Source: Octopus vulgaris (taxonomy: Eukaryota). Taken from it: a DNA stretch of 64,000 bases. Position numbers and translations under genes: made by a program. The stretch is taken from NCBI GenBank assembly GCA_951406725.2, contig OX597832.1:558001-622000 (forward strand), given 5' to 3'. The notes under the pieces were generated by a model. The model saw nothing but the letters and a program-made list of their open reading frames with translations. It did no database searches and was not told the origin of the DNA. Shown piece by piece: positions 38,510-52,750 of this stretch; positions within the stretch are counted from its first letter, which is position 1; the number at the start of each line of letters is the position of its first letter.

Positions 38510-41500
38510 TTAATTAATAAATTTTAGGTTAGCAAAAAATTCTAGAAAAATTCTCCGCTACCAGCGGTCAAGTGAGAAAGAAAAAATAGTCAATAGACTA
38601 TATAATATACATTCAAACATATAAGGGACGGCCATAATAGGACATCCGACTCACTAGAAAGAGCAACCAAACTCCAAATCACTAATAGTTGTAATTCTGA
38701 AATGGAAAGAGAAATAAAAACGTTTACCCTTTCCTTTCTGGACTATGCATAGTTTCGGCAATCTTTTGTAAATAAATAAATTTAATTAATTCATTTACCA
38801 CGGGCGTTGCCTCACAGTACTCGGGAGTGGCCATGGGAACGCGAATGGGCCCCAACTATGCGAACCTGTTCGTTGGCTATGTTGAGGCCCAAATATTCTC
38901 TAATTTCACTGGTCCCACTCCCGAACTGTACGGTCGTTACATTGACGACATTATCGGTGCCACCTCACTCTCCCGTGAACATCTAGATTCCTTCCTCTCT
39001 TTCGTTCAATCCTTCCATCCTGCCCTCCACTTCACCTCCACTATCTCCAAAACCTCTGTCTCCTTCCTCGACATTTCGGTCAGCATTCATCACTCCACTC
39101 TTACCACCTCCATTCACTACAAAAACAGACTCACACTCATACCTAAACTTCTCTTCCTCCCACTCAAAACACAACAAGATTTCCATCCCCTATTCCCAAT
39201 TCCTCCGTCTACGTAGGCTCTGTAGTGACAACCATGACTTTGAGACTCAGTCTCAACGCATAGCTCGCCACTTCATCCTACGTGGATACCCCCTCACCAC
39301 TATCCACACCGCCCTTGCCAGAGCACGTTCCGTAGACCGTGTATCTGCTCTCTACCCCCGAACCCGCCCTGTAGTCTCCCGCCTCCCTTTTCCCCTCACT
39401 TACCACCCCACGACCCTACCTCTCCAACGCACCATTCTTCGAGCTTTCCGGCATCTCCAGTCCGACCCGTCCACTTCACACCTCTTCCCTAACCGACCCC
39501 TCCCCTCCTTCAAACGAGCCCATAACCTACGAGACCTTTTGGTCCACAGCTCCTTCTCTGACCCTACCTCCCAACCTGGCTCGTTCCCCTGCTCCCGCTC
39601 ACGTTGCCTCACTTACCCTTACCTCTCCAACACCACCCTCCTCACTGGCACCCATCATCGACCCTATCGCATCATCAACTCCTTCACTTGCACCTCCAGC
39701 AATATCATCTATTGCATCTCTTGCTCTCTCTGCCATTCCCTATACATCGGACAAACAGGACGCCGCTTGGCTGACCGGTTCGCGGAACAACTCCGTGACA
39801 TCCGCCTTACCAACGACACACCGGTCTCACGTCATTTCCGCTCCACTTGTCTGTGTTCGGTTTGTCCTTGCACAGAGGCCATCCGGATTTCCGTTTGCGC
39901 CGTGAACAGAGATTAATCTTCTCTCTTCGCTCTTTTACGCCATTTGGTCTCAACTCTCCCCACTCCCTCATTTAACCTCCCCCCGACTCCGACTTCTCTT
40001 CAGTCCTTCATCTTTTCACCCCTACTCTCTTTCCCTCCTCTTCCTCTCCCCTTCCCTTCTTCCCTCCTCTTCTTTCCTCTTTCTTCTTCCCTATTCCCCT
40101 TCTCTCTTTCTCTCTGCTCCCTCACTCCCATTCTCTCCCCCTCTCTCCCCCCTCCTCCTCTCCCCTCCCTTCCCATCCCCTTCCTCTTCTCCTCTGCTTC
40201 CTTCTCCACCTCCCCTCCCCTCTTCCTCCCTCCTTCCTCCTCTTCTCCTCTTTCATTCACTCCCCCTCTCCCCCTCCCCTCATCTCATCTCATATCACCC
40301 CCACCCCCCTCCTTCTTTCCTTCTCCCCTTCTCCCTCTCTCCCTTCATCTCACCCTCCTCACTCTCACCTTTCCTCTTCTCCCTCCTCCCTCCTCTTCTC
40401 TTTCCTTCTCCCCCTGTTACCCTCCCCACCCCTCCCCTCCCTCCTCCTCCCCTCTCCCCCTCATCTCCTATCTCTACACTACACCATACGACATTACACA
40501 TCACATCATACATACATACACACGTCCAGACCTTTCATACGCACTTCATACACACACGCACCCTTATATTGGGGCGAAGTCATTTGACCCTGTTATCTCC
40601 CCTACTTTCGCTCTCACGTCTGATCTCTGACTTCTGGCCGGAATCAGATCGCCATGTTGAATCGCTAGCTTCTGCACGCATTTTTTTCTCTCCTTGTTTC
40701 CCTCTGTGTTTCTTTTCTGTGTATCCTTCTGATGAAGAGCGTAGACTTTCCCTCGCTTTCTCTTACTCTCTATCTTTCTCTATCCATCTCTCTCCCATTT
40801 ATAAATAGCAATAGATATTGAGTAAGTTGAGAAAGAAAATATTTTTACGCTTTTTAAACCCTTCGACGTTATTCTCATTCACTCATTATTACTTTCTCTC
40901 TTCCTTTCACGTTCTCTCTATAATGTTATAGAGAGAATGTGAAGGGAAGGGAGTTAGACGCTGTGAAACGACGTTATAGAGGGAAGGTGAAAGGGAGGAA
41001 AGAGAGTTAGAGATGGAGAAAGACAGACACATAAAAGAATGAGAGTAGACTGGTCAAAGTGTGCGTTTTTGGCCTTAGCAACGACACCTTTTAAGATGGG
41101 GACTTTTAACCTAGCCCACCCACATCCTCACCTCATTTTACATGTCCCTGTAAATTTTGGAGTCAATCCGACGGGATCTAGTGGCCTTTAACCCGTTCTA
41201 ATGCCCCAAACCAGACAAACAAACTTTTTGCATTTCAGAATTATAATATGGAGACTAGCTTAAGGTGACCCGCTCTACGCGCGGGTGATGTTTTGGTTGT
41301 TGGACCAATGTATTAATGTAGCATTGTTTTATTGTTTTAAAACGAAATGGGCAATGTGTTTATTTCTAAAAAAAAAAAAGACAAACGTCCGCCAATGGGA
41401 AGACACTTCATATTCGATTAGAGCACTCTGGGTATAATCATAAAATTGAAAAATGGAATTTCGGAGGCGAATATTGTCGAGGACTCTAAACAAATAAAGT

Positions 41501-43016
41501 TTTTTAACTTGCAGGAAGATAGTTTAAACCAAAAAAGGCAGACTGTGAACTCACATCTGCAATAGTGTATGAAATTAGAATTCACACCCAACTCAGTTTT
41601 GTAGAAAGAGTATCACGACGTGAACGCATGAGTTGGGAGTTTGACTGACAGAGGTTATATGGTGACACATGTCAGTCCTTTCGACACCACCTAAACAATG
41701 GAACAGTGTATAAAATGTAATTAACAACTTATTCACTTTATGAATGTCTTATGTTGGCGAAGAAACAATAACTTGACAAAACCGTTCAATGGAGATGTAG
41801 AAGGAATCGGAAAATGAGGAATAAAGAGACGAATGAGTTGGATCAAATGTTTGCAAACATCTTAACCCAATCTTCTTTATGAACCATGTTCTTTTTAATG
41901 TCTTTATTTTCAAGAATGAAGAGTTAATCAAGACGTGCAGAAGAAACGACAATCATACAGTGAGAGGGGTGGTGGAAGAAAGAGTATCAGACGCTATCAA
42001 ACGACTTTATAGAGAGAACGTGAAAGGAAGGGAGGACAGAGAGAGAGAGACGGAGGAAGAAAAAAGTCATATATGAAAGAGAGAAGACTTGTCAAAGTGT
42101 GCGCTTTTTGCCCTAGTAACCACACCTTTTAAGATAGGGATTTCTAACCTAGCCCACTCGCATCCTCACCTCATTTTACATGTCCCTGTAAATTTGGAAG
42201 AAAGAGTAACAGAGAGACGGCGAAGCTGTCAAACGTAGTTATAGAAAGAAAGTACAGGGAAGGGGGAAAAGAGAGAGATCGAGGAAGAAAAGGTGATATA
42301 TGAAAGAGGACTGAAAAATAAAATATTTTGAAACCTAAAGATGATTTGATTTACAATGAGAAAACGAATGAAATAGTTAAGAAGTAAATATTTCAAAACT
42401 GGAAAATTTTTCAAATTTACCGACAAATTTTTGTTAACGACGGTCGCCTTGAGCATACAAATAAATTCTTTAAAATCTTTTATCCACGCAAAATAATAAC
42501 ATATCTTCTGATAAATAATATCTGTTATAATTGTGCAGTGGTGGTGGGAGATAATAATTTACCGTTCTGAAAGACCTGTGGTGGGAATATTTAAACTTTT
42601 GCGGCTGTCACGTTTCGTCTTTATAGATACAAACAGAAATACATTGAGCGACACGTTGGAGAAGAAAGAGAGACGGCGGAGGTGTCAAACGTAGTTATAG
42701 AGAGAGAAATTGGAGGGAAGGGGGAAAAGAGAGAGATCGAGGAAGAAAAGGTAATATATGAAAGAGAGGACTGAAAAATGAAATATTTTGAAACCTAAAG
42801 ATGATTTGTTTTAAGAGAAATATTCTCATGATTGTGTGGTGGTGGTGGTGGTGGTGGTGGTGGTGGTGGTGGTGGTGGCGATGATAATTCTCTCTATGAA
42901 TACAGACAGACGTAGAGAGAGAGAGAAAGTGACAGCGCTTGCGAAGGCGGCGGAGGAAAGATAGTAGACGCTATCAAACGACGTTATAGAGAGAAAGTGA
43001 AAGGAAGGGAGGAAAT

Positions 43017-43048
<32 letters not shown>

Positions 43049-44079
43049 GAAGACAGGCAGATAATAGAAATCGATGGCGGCGGGGGAAAGATAATAGACG
43101 CTGTGAAACGACGTTATAGAGAGAGGGTGAAAGGAAGGGAGGAAAGAGAGTGAAAGATGGAGAAAGACAGACACATAAAAGAATGAGAGTAGAGTTGTCA
43201 AAGTGTGCGTTTTTGGCCCTAGCAACGACACCTTTTAAGATTTCTAACCTAGCCCACCCGCATCCTCACCTCATTTTACATGTCCCTGTAAATTTTGGAG
43301 TCAATCCGACGGGATCTAGTGGCCTTTAACCCATTCTCAATGCCAAAACCACACAAACAAACTTTTTGCATTTCAGAATTATAATGTAGAGATTAGCTTA
43401 ATGTGAACCGCTCTACGCGCGGGTAAGAGTGTGGTTGTTACTTCTGTTGCTTCCTTTCTTTGTTTCTCTCTCCTTTCTATCTCACTTTCCCACTCTCTCA
43501 CTCTTCATTTCTCTCGGACTCTCCCTCGCGTTTTCTTACTCTCTATCTTTCTCTATCTATCTCCCATTTATAAACAACAAAGGATCTTGAGTAAGTTGAG
43601 AAAGAAAATATTTTTAAAGATAAATCATAAATATCAGGCAAGGACAACGGAAAGGTCTGCATCAATGCAGACAGCAAAACACCAACATTTAAAAGGGATA
43701 GACGAACTTGCGCGCTGAATAAAATTAAAGAATATAGGAAACCAAAGTTTGAAGGGATAGAATCTGAGGATAGTAGACTCACAATGGCTGGCATTTCTTA
43801 ATGACGGACAGTAACATAGTGGCAGTTTAACGGCTGGCGTAAAATTTTGAACTTGATGTAAAAGAAAATTGCTAAACACCGAGTTTTGAAGTGATTCTTT
43901 CTCACGACAGTAGACTCACCATAGCAAGCATTCAAAATTTCTTTATCATGGACGGCAACACATTGACGATTTAAAGGGTGGCGCAAATTTTTTAGCTTCA
44001 TGTAAGAGAGAATTCCTAAACACCCGCTCCTGTAAATTTTAATCCCCTTCCAACCCCATTTCAGAATTATAATATAGAG
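37576..44079 (-). mobile_element. Head-to-tail array of non-autonomous Helitron-like elements (3 units; the first is interrupted by a PLE)
   Basis: 3' hairpin + CTAG (minus: ACCCGCGCGTAGAGCGGGTCACCTTAAGCTAGT) at about 37576, 41255 and 43393 (last degenerate); 5' ends TCT.TA.ATTATAATTCTGAAA-like at about 41253, 43391 and 44079. Confidence 0.7.
38800..40746 (+). mobile_element. 5'-truncated Penelope-like element (same family as 9420-12680)
   Basis: MGTRMGPNYANLFVGYVE, YGRYIDDI, IYCISCSLCHSLYIGQTGRRLADRFAE; pyrimidine-rich 3' UTR; ends in a truncated hammerhead CTGATGAAGAGCGTAGAC. Confidence 0.9.
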
Positions 44080-44138
44080 ATGATGATATGTGCGCATATG
44101 TGTTTGTGTGTGTGTGCGCGTGTATGTACATATATATG

Positions 44139-44207
<69 letters not shown>

Positions 44208-44896
44208 ATATATATATGCATGCGTGTGGGGAAGAGAAAAAGGAGAAGGAAGAAGCAACAGAAGATAGATATGAAATGATTTGAAAACAAAGCAGTGAAT
44301 AAACAATCACAGTGATAAACATCATTAGAAGAGAAACATTAGACACCAAATGACACTCTTCATGATGAATTATCATACACGCACTCTCTCTTTCTCTTTC
44401 TCTCTCTCTCTCTCTCACGCACACAGAGGAACTCCTTCCCTCTCCTCTCTGTGCTCTCCTCTCTTTCATTCCTCCATGGCGCCTTTTCACTTGTGCAGAA
44501 AAAAACCCTTTATCACTGAGGCAACTATTCAAATTCTTGCAAATTTTAATACATAACATTTTCATATTGAAGCATTTATCAATCAGATTACTGAATTAGG
44601 TGGAGCAGGGGTGAAAATGTTGGTATTTAGTTACATCCCTTTACATTCTAAGTTTAAATGCCATCAAATCAATATTTTTTTCATGCATTTCTCTTTTATG
44701 CTTAGTTGATAACTAAATACTGGATTTGATGTAATCAACTATTTCCTTCACCAAGTACTTATTCTTTGTAAGCCTAGTACTTATTCTATTGGACTCTTTT
44801 GTCGAATCGCTAGTTGCGTGGACATAAACACATCAGCATGGGTTGTCAAACGATGGCGGGGGTACAAACATAGACACAAAGACATACGCACGTAAA

Positions 44897-44932
<36 letters not shown>

Positions 44933-45956
44933 AAACTGAGAATGTGTGTCTGTCTGTGTGTTTCCCTAAAACTTGAGAACTACACAACCAACTTCATTCA
45001 AATTTTACACATGCCTTACTCAAGGTCCGGGGAGTGTCATCGGCGAAAAAATCTTAACTTTTTCCCTAGGGCGACCCCACAGCAATATCATATCTTCCCC
45101 ACTATTTCAGTATTACGTGTTAAAAGTGAAACAAAAACATCTCTCTTTTGTAATGCAGACACTTTCATTTTAATACTGAAACTATTAAAGTGAAAGTATT
45201 ATATAACAGGGATGAACCATTAACAAGTGGTCATCCATTTTGCTAGAAGAAGATCCGCTATGGTCTTATATGCTACACCACTGGTTTTCAATTTATATTA
45301 ATCAAATTAATATTCAATTTTTCACTCTTATTATGTGTGTATGTATTAGCAATTCGTATAAAATTGCATCAATGACTTGAACTTGAATAAGTGGTTTCAC
45401 ATAAATGGGGATAAATTAAAAAGGTTTGTTGTTATTATTATTACTGTTTGACTATTGTAATCACGTTTGTTGGTTCCTCGTCAGGGAAACGTTGTTGTGT
45501 TGCATTTGTTAAATAATTATAAACCGTAACTCTCCCCCTTTCGGAGAAGGGGCTTTGGTTATTGTTTAAAAATTGAATTATGTTCCTGTTTGGGGAAATT
45601 GACAATATTTTCACCGTGTTTACGGAAGCATTTTTGTTAATATGCCTTCGATAGAAGAAAGTCCAAAAATGAATTTCGCTGCTGCCGTACACTTCTATAC
45701 AAGAGGGAGGACAAGATCCAATTGATCGAAATTGCAAGAGACGGGTCTACAATTCCAGTCTGTTATATATTTTGAGTATTGTTATCACTAGCGATATCAA
45801 GATATAACTTTTTATTTTGTATTTTATGTGTAGATGTATATATATATATAGATGCACATGTAATATGTACACATATATATACACATATATACATGCATAA
45901 TATATCTACCCATACACACATACGCACGCACACACACACACACACACACATACATA

Positions 45957-46092
45957 GGGGCAGGTGTGGCTGTGTGGTAACAAACTACGTTCCAAACACA
46001 TGCTCCTGGGTTCAGTTCCACTGTGTAGTGACTTGCATGTGTCTTCTGCTGTAGCCTCAGACCAACAAAAGCCTTCTCAGTGGATTTTGTAC
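45957..46092 (+). mobile_element. SINE 5' half (family of 13511), nested in the Helitron
   Basis: GGGCAGGTGTGGCTGTGTGGTAA...GGGTTCAGTTCCACTG...GCCTCAGACCAACAAAAGCCTT. Confidence 0.75.
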
Positions 46093-46299
46093 ATATATAC
46101 AGGCATACACACATATATATACATGCATACGTAGATATTCGGCATAAAAACTCTACCACTACAACTAATAAATGTTGGGAATACTTTCAAACCTGCCTTA
46201 CATTCGAACCGGAGTCTCAATGCCCGAGTTTTCCATCTCAAGTTAATCTCTCTCATGGAGCTCATACAAAAAGCGCAAGTCTTTGGACCCATACAATGT

Positions 46300-48470
46300 G
46301 ACATGTACACAATCAAGCGGCAAAAAGGGGCCTTCCACATGCTTATATCCTGCTTTGGCTCTCAGCGAAGATCAATTCCAATGACATCGACAAGATAATC
46401 TCTACAGAGCTTCCTGTAGACAAAGAACTATACGAAATAGTTAAAGCAAACATGGTACATGGTCCATGTGGGCGTGGATTCAACATAAACACACCATGCT
46501 TGAAGGACAGCATAAGTTCAAAAAGATTTCCAAGGAGGTTCCTACAAGAAACTCAGACAGGTGCTGACGGGTATCCATCATACAGACGCAGAAAACCAGA
46601 AGACGGAGGTTTCACGGCAACTATCGGACAGCACGATATTGATAATAGATGGATTGTTCCATACTGCCCACTCCTGTCAAATACTTTCAATGCCCACATT
46701 AACGTTGAGTTTTGCAACTCCGTTAAATCCATCAAGTACGTTTGCAAATATGTAAACAAGGGTTCTGACGCTGCAATGTTTGGACTTCAACAAGAATACT
46801 GCCTGGATGAGGTGACGCATTATCAGGTGGGACGGTACATAAGTAGCAACGAGGCTTTCTGGTGCATCTTTGGCTTTCCAATTCACCGACGACACCCCGC
46901 CATTAAACAGCTTGCAGCGCACCTGGAAAATGGTCAAAGAGTGTACTTCACCGATGCTAATGCTTCTCTGTTGGCAGAGGAACCAAGGGATAGCACACTC
47001 ACTGCATTCTTCAAGCCTTGTCAAGTGGATCCATTCGCTCCAACCTTGCTGTATCCACAGATTCCATCGTACTACACTTGGATTAGAAAAAAATGGGCCC
47101 CACGGAAAGCAGGTCAAAATGTTCATGGATACCCTGGCATTAAGTTTCACACTTGCCTTGGGCAAGTATACACAGTGCATCCCACTCAACAAGAGTGCTT
47201 CTACCTTCGTCTACTACTGCATGAGGTCAGAGGGCCAACGTCTTTCCAGGTCCTAAAAACCGTTCATGGACATGTCTGCACAACATACAGAGAAGCCTGC
47301 TATCGACAAGGTCTGTTAGAAGATGGTGCACAATGGGATGCAACTTTAGGAGAGGCTGCTTTATCACAATCACCTAAAAGTCTCAGGGCACTATTTGCAG
47401 TATTACTACAGGCATGCGAACTGTGTGATCCGGCCACTCTATGGCTCAAATATAGAGACTTTCAGCGCCAAGCTCAACTGCTCTATCCTGACATGGAGGG
47501 TATCAGCAATGAAATCTATAACAAAACACTCATTGACATTAAAGACAGAATTGCTAAACTGGGTGGAAATGAATTGTCGACGTATGACTGGCCTGCCACA
47601 AGCATTCAGGTCAGGGTTAAATAGCCTTCCCACTGCTGTCATTCGTGAAACAACCTACGACACTCAAGCGCTTTCAAAGTACATTGTTGAAAATGAGCCT
47701 AAATTACTTCCGGACCAGCTGCAGGCCTACAGAACTATTCTTAACAGTGTACGCCAACGCAAGGGACGAATCTTCTTCCTCGATGCTCCTGGAGGGACAG
47801 GAAAAACATTTATTACAAAGCTTCTCCTTGTAGAAGTTAGGCAGCATCAGGACATTGCAGTAGCTGTAGCCTCCTCTGGCATTGCAGCTACTTTGTTACC
47901 CGGTGGCAGGACAGCACACTCAACATTTAAACCCCCTCTCAATTTAGCAGCATCCGAAATGCCTTCGTGCAACATCAACAAAAGCTCAGATCAGGGACAA
48001 GTACTTAAAATGTGTCATCTAATTGTCTGGGATGAGTGCACTATAACTCACAAGGGAGCTTTGGAAGACATCCGAGATTATCAGGCTCCAATGGGAGGTG
48101 TAACGCTTCTGTTGTCAGGTGATTTCAGGCAAACTCTTCCTGTCATTCCGAAAAGCATTAGAGCAGATGAAGTCCAAGCATGCCTAAAGTCCTCTACCCT
48201 GTGGCATCATGTTACAATCTTCTGTCTCACCACTAACATGAGAGCTCAGCTACACGGCGACAAAATGTCCACAAAGTTTGCACAGCACATTTTGACACTT
48301 GGTGAAGGCAAGATGCCTCTCGATGCTGCAGGACAAATGGAAGTGTGGTCATTTTCCTCTGTTGTTAATTCTGTAGATGACCTCAAAAACAAAGTATTTC
48401 CCAACTTCACACAAAACTACCAAAATCACAATTGGCTGTGTGAAAGAGCAATATTAGCTCCAAAACAAAA
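46300..48470 (+). pseudogene. Helitron Rep/Pif1-helicase (RepHel), frameshifted and truncated
   Basis: GLPHAYIL (HUH motif remnant), MVHGPCG, DNRWIVPY, SIKYVCKYVNKG, DAPGGTGKT, VASSGIAATLLPGGRTAHS, VWDEC, GDFRQTLPV. Confidence 0.93.
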
Positions 48471-49259
48471 ACACTTCTCTATTTTATGTCAGATACTTTC
48501 ACTTTAACAATAAAAATTAGAGATAATAATAAAAATTGAATTATATGTGGTAAGTAATAATTAAAATCAAACTAAAGTATAATATAATCGTAACATAACA
48601 AAAGTAAAAATAGCAATTGGTATAAAATTGCACCAATGACTTGAACTTGAATAAGTGATTTCACATGAATGGGAATAAATTGAAAATAAAATTAGCGTGC
48701 AGAAATGGAATAGTCCAGATGGAGGTGTGCACATACCGTTTACTACGGCTTTTACGTTAGATTATCTGCTAATTACCTAGCATTAAATATCTATATGAAG
48801 TTTGGCTGTATGTAATGTCTTTCTCCATCTGGACTATTCCATTTCTGCACGCTAATTTTATTTTCAATTTATTCCCATTCATGTGAAACCACTTATTCAA
48901 GTTCAAGTCATTGGTGCAATTTTATATCAATTGCTATTTTTACTTTTGTTATGTTACGATTATATACTTTAGTTTGATTTTACGACAAGATACAATTGAT
49001 CGAAATTGCAAGAGACGGGCCTACAATTCCAGTCTGTTATATATTTTGAGTATTGTTATCACTAGCGATATCAAGATATAACTTTGTATTTTGTATTTTA
49101 TGTGTAGATGCATATATATAGATGTACATGTAATATGTACACATATGTATACACATATATACATGCACTAGCACTATCACCCGGCAACGACGGGTGATAA
49201 TGCTAGTATATAATAAAAAAGAGTGAAAAACACACCAACTCTCTCACCTATATATAGAC

Positions 49260-52200
49260 TGCCCGCTTCAATGGGTGCTTGGAGCTAGGACAAAATCTGA
49301 AAAGCAGACTGAAAACGCTGCACCAGCAAACAAAGGAAAAACAAACACCCAGTCACCAGTCTTGCGACTGGCCACCTGGAATGTCAGGACCATGTGCCCT
49401 GGCATCATTGACGATCTACGACAGATGAACGACAGTAGGAAGACAGCAGTCATCAACACCGAATTGAAAAGGCTGAACATCGACATAGCGGCGCTGCAAG
49501 AGACCAGGCTCGCCGCAGACGGCATGCTACGGGAGAAGGATTACACCTTCTACTAGCAGGGGAGACCCGTCGAGGAGGCCCGCCAGCATGGCGTGGGGTT
49601 TGCCGTGAGGAAAGCTTGCTCCCCATGGTGATCCCTCCTTCAAATGGCTCAGAGCGCATCCTCACTCTTAACCTTGCAACATCAACGGGGAAGGCAAACA
49701 TAATTAGTGCTTATGCCCCAACACTCCACTCTCCTCAGGAAATAAAAGACCGGTTCTATGAGGAGCTCGACGCCACCATCAGCCAGATACCAGGGCCAGA
49801 GCCCATCTTCCTTCTGGGCGACTTCAACGCAAGGGGCATGGCCAGATTGCCTTGGACGCTTTGGCGTGGGGAAGGTGAATGAGAATGGCCAGAGACTGTT
49901 GGAGCTTTGCTCTTACCGGAAACTGCGTTTCCAACACATTCTTCATGACTAAGCCGCATCACCAGGTCTCATGGAGGCACCCAAGGTCCGGACACTGGCA
50001 CCAACTGGACATGGTCATCACCCGGCGAGCCCACCTCGGCAGTGTGCTTCTCACACGCAGCTACCATGGTGCTAACTGTGATACAGACCACTCTTTGGTG
50101 TGCAGCAGGGTCCGATTGGCCCCAAAGAAAATCAACCGTCCCGTAGGGAAAAGCCGCCCACGCATCAACACCGCCAGGACAACCAACCCCGACCTCCGCT
50201 CGGAATTCACCAACTGCATGGAGGAGGCCCTTAAAGATCACGCAGCCACGTCCATCGAGGAGAGATGGCAGATTATTCGCGACACCACTTGCAGAATAGC
50301 CATGTCATCCCTAGGAAAGAGGGAGCGGAGAAATCAAGACTGGTTTGAAGCTCGCCTGCCTGAGATGGAGCCTGTCATTGCTGCCAAGAGGGAAGCACTG
50401 GTCAACTATAAGCGCGACCCATCAGAAAAGAACCTGGCTACTCTGAGAACAGCCAGAAGCGACGCCCAGAGGACGGCCAGACGTTGCGCCAACATCTACT
50501 GGCAGAACTTATGCCAGAACATCCAGTGCTGTGCTGACAGTGGTAACGTGAAAGGGATGTACGAGGGGATGAAGAAAGCATTCGGGCCCACTGTCAGAAA
50601 GGTTGCTCCACTGAAGTCCAGAGATGGCGAGGTCATCAAGGACCACGCGAAGCAGATGGAGAGGTGGGTCGAGCATTACCAGAACCTCTACTCCACTGAG
50701 AATGTGGTCACCAGGTCTGCCCTCGCCGGCATTCCTGCTCTGCCTGTCATGGAGGAGCTTGACCTGCCTCCAACAAAGGAAGAACTGAGCAAAGCAATTG
50801 ACTCACTCGCTCGGGGCAAGGCACCAGGGCAAGATGGTATCCCCGCAGAAGTCATCCAGTGCGGGAACCAGCCCTTCTGGGCCATCTCCACGAGCTGCTC
50901 TGTCAGTGCTGGGAGGAGGGCTCTGTTCCTAAGGATATGCGTGACGCAAACATCATCACACTGTATAAAAACAAAGGGGACAGAAGCGACTGCAATGATT
51001 ACAGGGGCATATCACTGCTCAGCACTGTCGGTAAGGCATTTGCCAGGGTGGTCCTGAAGAGGTTGCAAATACTTGCAGAGCGTGTGTACCCCGAGTCTCA
51101 GTCTGGCTTTAGGGCAGAGAGGTCTACAATTGACATGATCTTCTCACTCAGGCAGCTTCAAGAAAAGAGTCGAGAACAGAGACAGCCCCTATACGTGGCC
51201 TTCATCGACCTGGCTAAGGCGTTCGACTCAGTCAGCAGGGAGGGGCTGTTTGCGCTCCTGTGTAGGATAGGTTGCCCTCCCAGACTGCTGAAACTCATCA
51301 CCTCCTTTCACGACGGTATGCAGGGAACAGTGCAGTTTGACGGATCGCCCTCGGAGTCATTCCCCATCCAGAGTGGAGTGAAACAGGGTTGCGTTCTGGC
51401 GCCGACGCTCTTCGGAATTTTCTTCTCCCTTGTCCTGTCCTATGCCTTCAGAACGTCCGACGACGGAGTGTTCCTCCACACCAGGGCTGATGGATTGTTC
51501 AATCTTGCGCGCCTCAGAGCTAAGACCAAAGTCCGTCAGGTGCTGATCAGAGAGATCCTCTTTGCTGACGATGCCGCCCTAACATCACACAACCAACCGG
51601 GTCTCCAGAGGCTGGTCAGCTCCCTGGCGGATGCCTGCCAAGAGTTCGGCCTTACCATCAGCCTGAAAAAGACAGAGATCATGGGCCAGGACGTCGGAGG
51701 GGTCCCCAGCATCAGTGTCGGCGACCACAGCTTGCAGGTGGTGAACGAGTTCACTTACCTGGGATCGACGGTCTCCAGCAGCCTGTCCCTCGAGCCGGAG
51801 CTGAACAGACGGATTGGGAAGGCTGCTGCTGCCATGGCTAAGCTCTCCAGGAGAGTGTGGGAAAACAACATGCTCACAATAACCACCAAGATCGCAGTGT
51901 ACCGAGCCTGCGTGCTGAGCACCCTACTCTACGGCAGCGAGAGCTGGACAACATACACCCGGCAGGAATGCCGCCTCAGCGGCTTCCACATGCGGTGTCT
52001 TCGACGGATCCTTGGCATCTCCTGGAAGGACCGAGTACCAAACCGAGTCATCCTGGAACAGACTAATATGCCAAACATGTATGCCCTCCTCGTGCGGAGA
52101 CGACTGCGCTGGCTCGGACACGTCTGCCGCATGCAGGACGGTCGCATGCCTAAAGACATCCTGTACAGCGAACTCACCACGGGATCCCGACCCAAGGGAC

Positions 52201-52550
52201 GTCCACAGCTACGATACAGGGACGTGTGCAAGCGCGACCTGAGGACTGCCCACATCTGTGTGGACACGTGGGAGGAAACAGCTGCTGACCGCTCTGCCTG
52301 GCGTCGGACGGTGAGGAAAGGCGTTTCCATGGCTGAGGAGAGGAGAGCACAGCTGTGGTTGGACAGGCGGGACAGGAGGAGGACAACTGCAGCAACACCC
52401 CACACGTACCCATCGATGTTCGTGTGCAGCAAATGTACCAAGGACTGCCACTCTAGAATTGGACTGTTCAGTCACAGCAGACGCTGCACATCATCAAAGT
52501 AGGCCCCACCCTTGGCGCAACCCATTGTCTATCAAGACAGACGGGGTAAA
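49260..52550 (+). mobile_element. Near full-length RTE-clade LINE (EN + RT + C-terminal zinc finger) with few lesions
   Basis: ATWNVRT, IAALQETR, LGDFNAR, DYRGISLL, FIDLAKAFDSV, GVKQGCVLAP, LFADDAAL, CSKC.KDCHSRIGLFSHSRRC; short 3' UTR followed by an A-run. Confidence 0.95.
50859..52502 (+). pseudogene. RTE reverse transcriptase ORF segment (547 aa open)
   Basis: Complete RT motif set, separated from the upstream part by a frameshift near 50860. Confidence 0.92.
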
Positions 52551-52750
52551 AAAAAAATATATATTTATATATATACATATATATATGTATAATTTTACCC
52601 TTATAGGCTATCTTTTACTGGAAAGTAATACATTCGTATTGCATTATTATTTCATTGAAACTTCTTCACTGTTCTCGTTCTGTCAACGTTTTGGCGTTCA
52701 GACGAGTATACAGGTATTGATGCGGCAACATTTGAAATCTTGTCTAGGTA

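Larger units (their letters stand above)
44925..49206 (+). mobile_element. Helitron, internally deleted and rearranged autonomous derivative
   Basis: RepHel coding remnant plus 3' hairpin CACCCGGCAACGACGGGTG and CTAG at 49203-49206; 5' end approximate. Confidence 0.8.

Noticed and set aside
39944-40630. 228-aa Pro/Ser/Leu-rich ORF
   Set aside because: Low-complexity polypyrimidine 3' UTR of a PLE, open only because it lacks A/G for stop codons.
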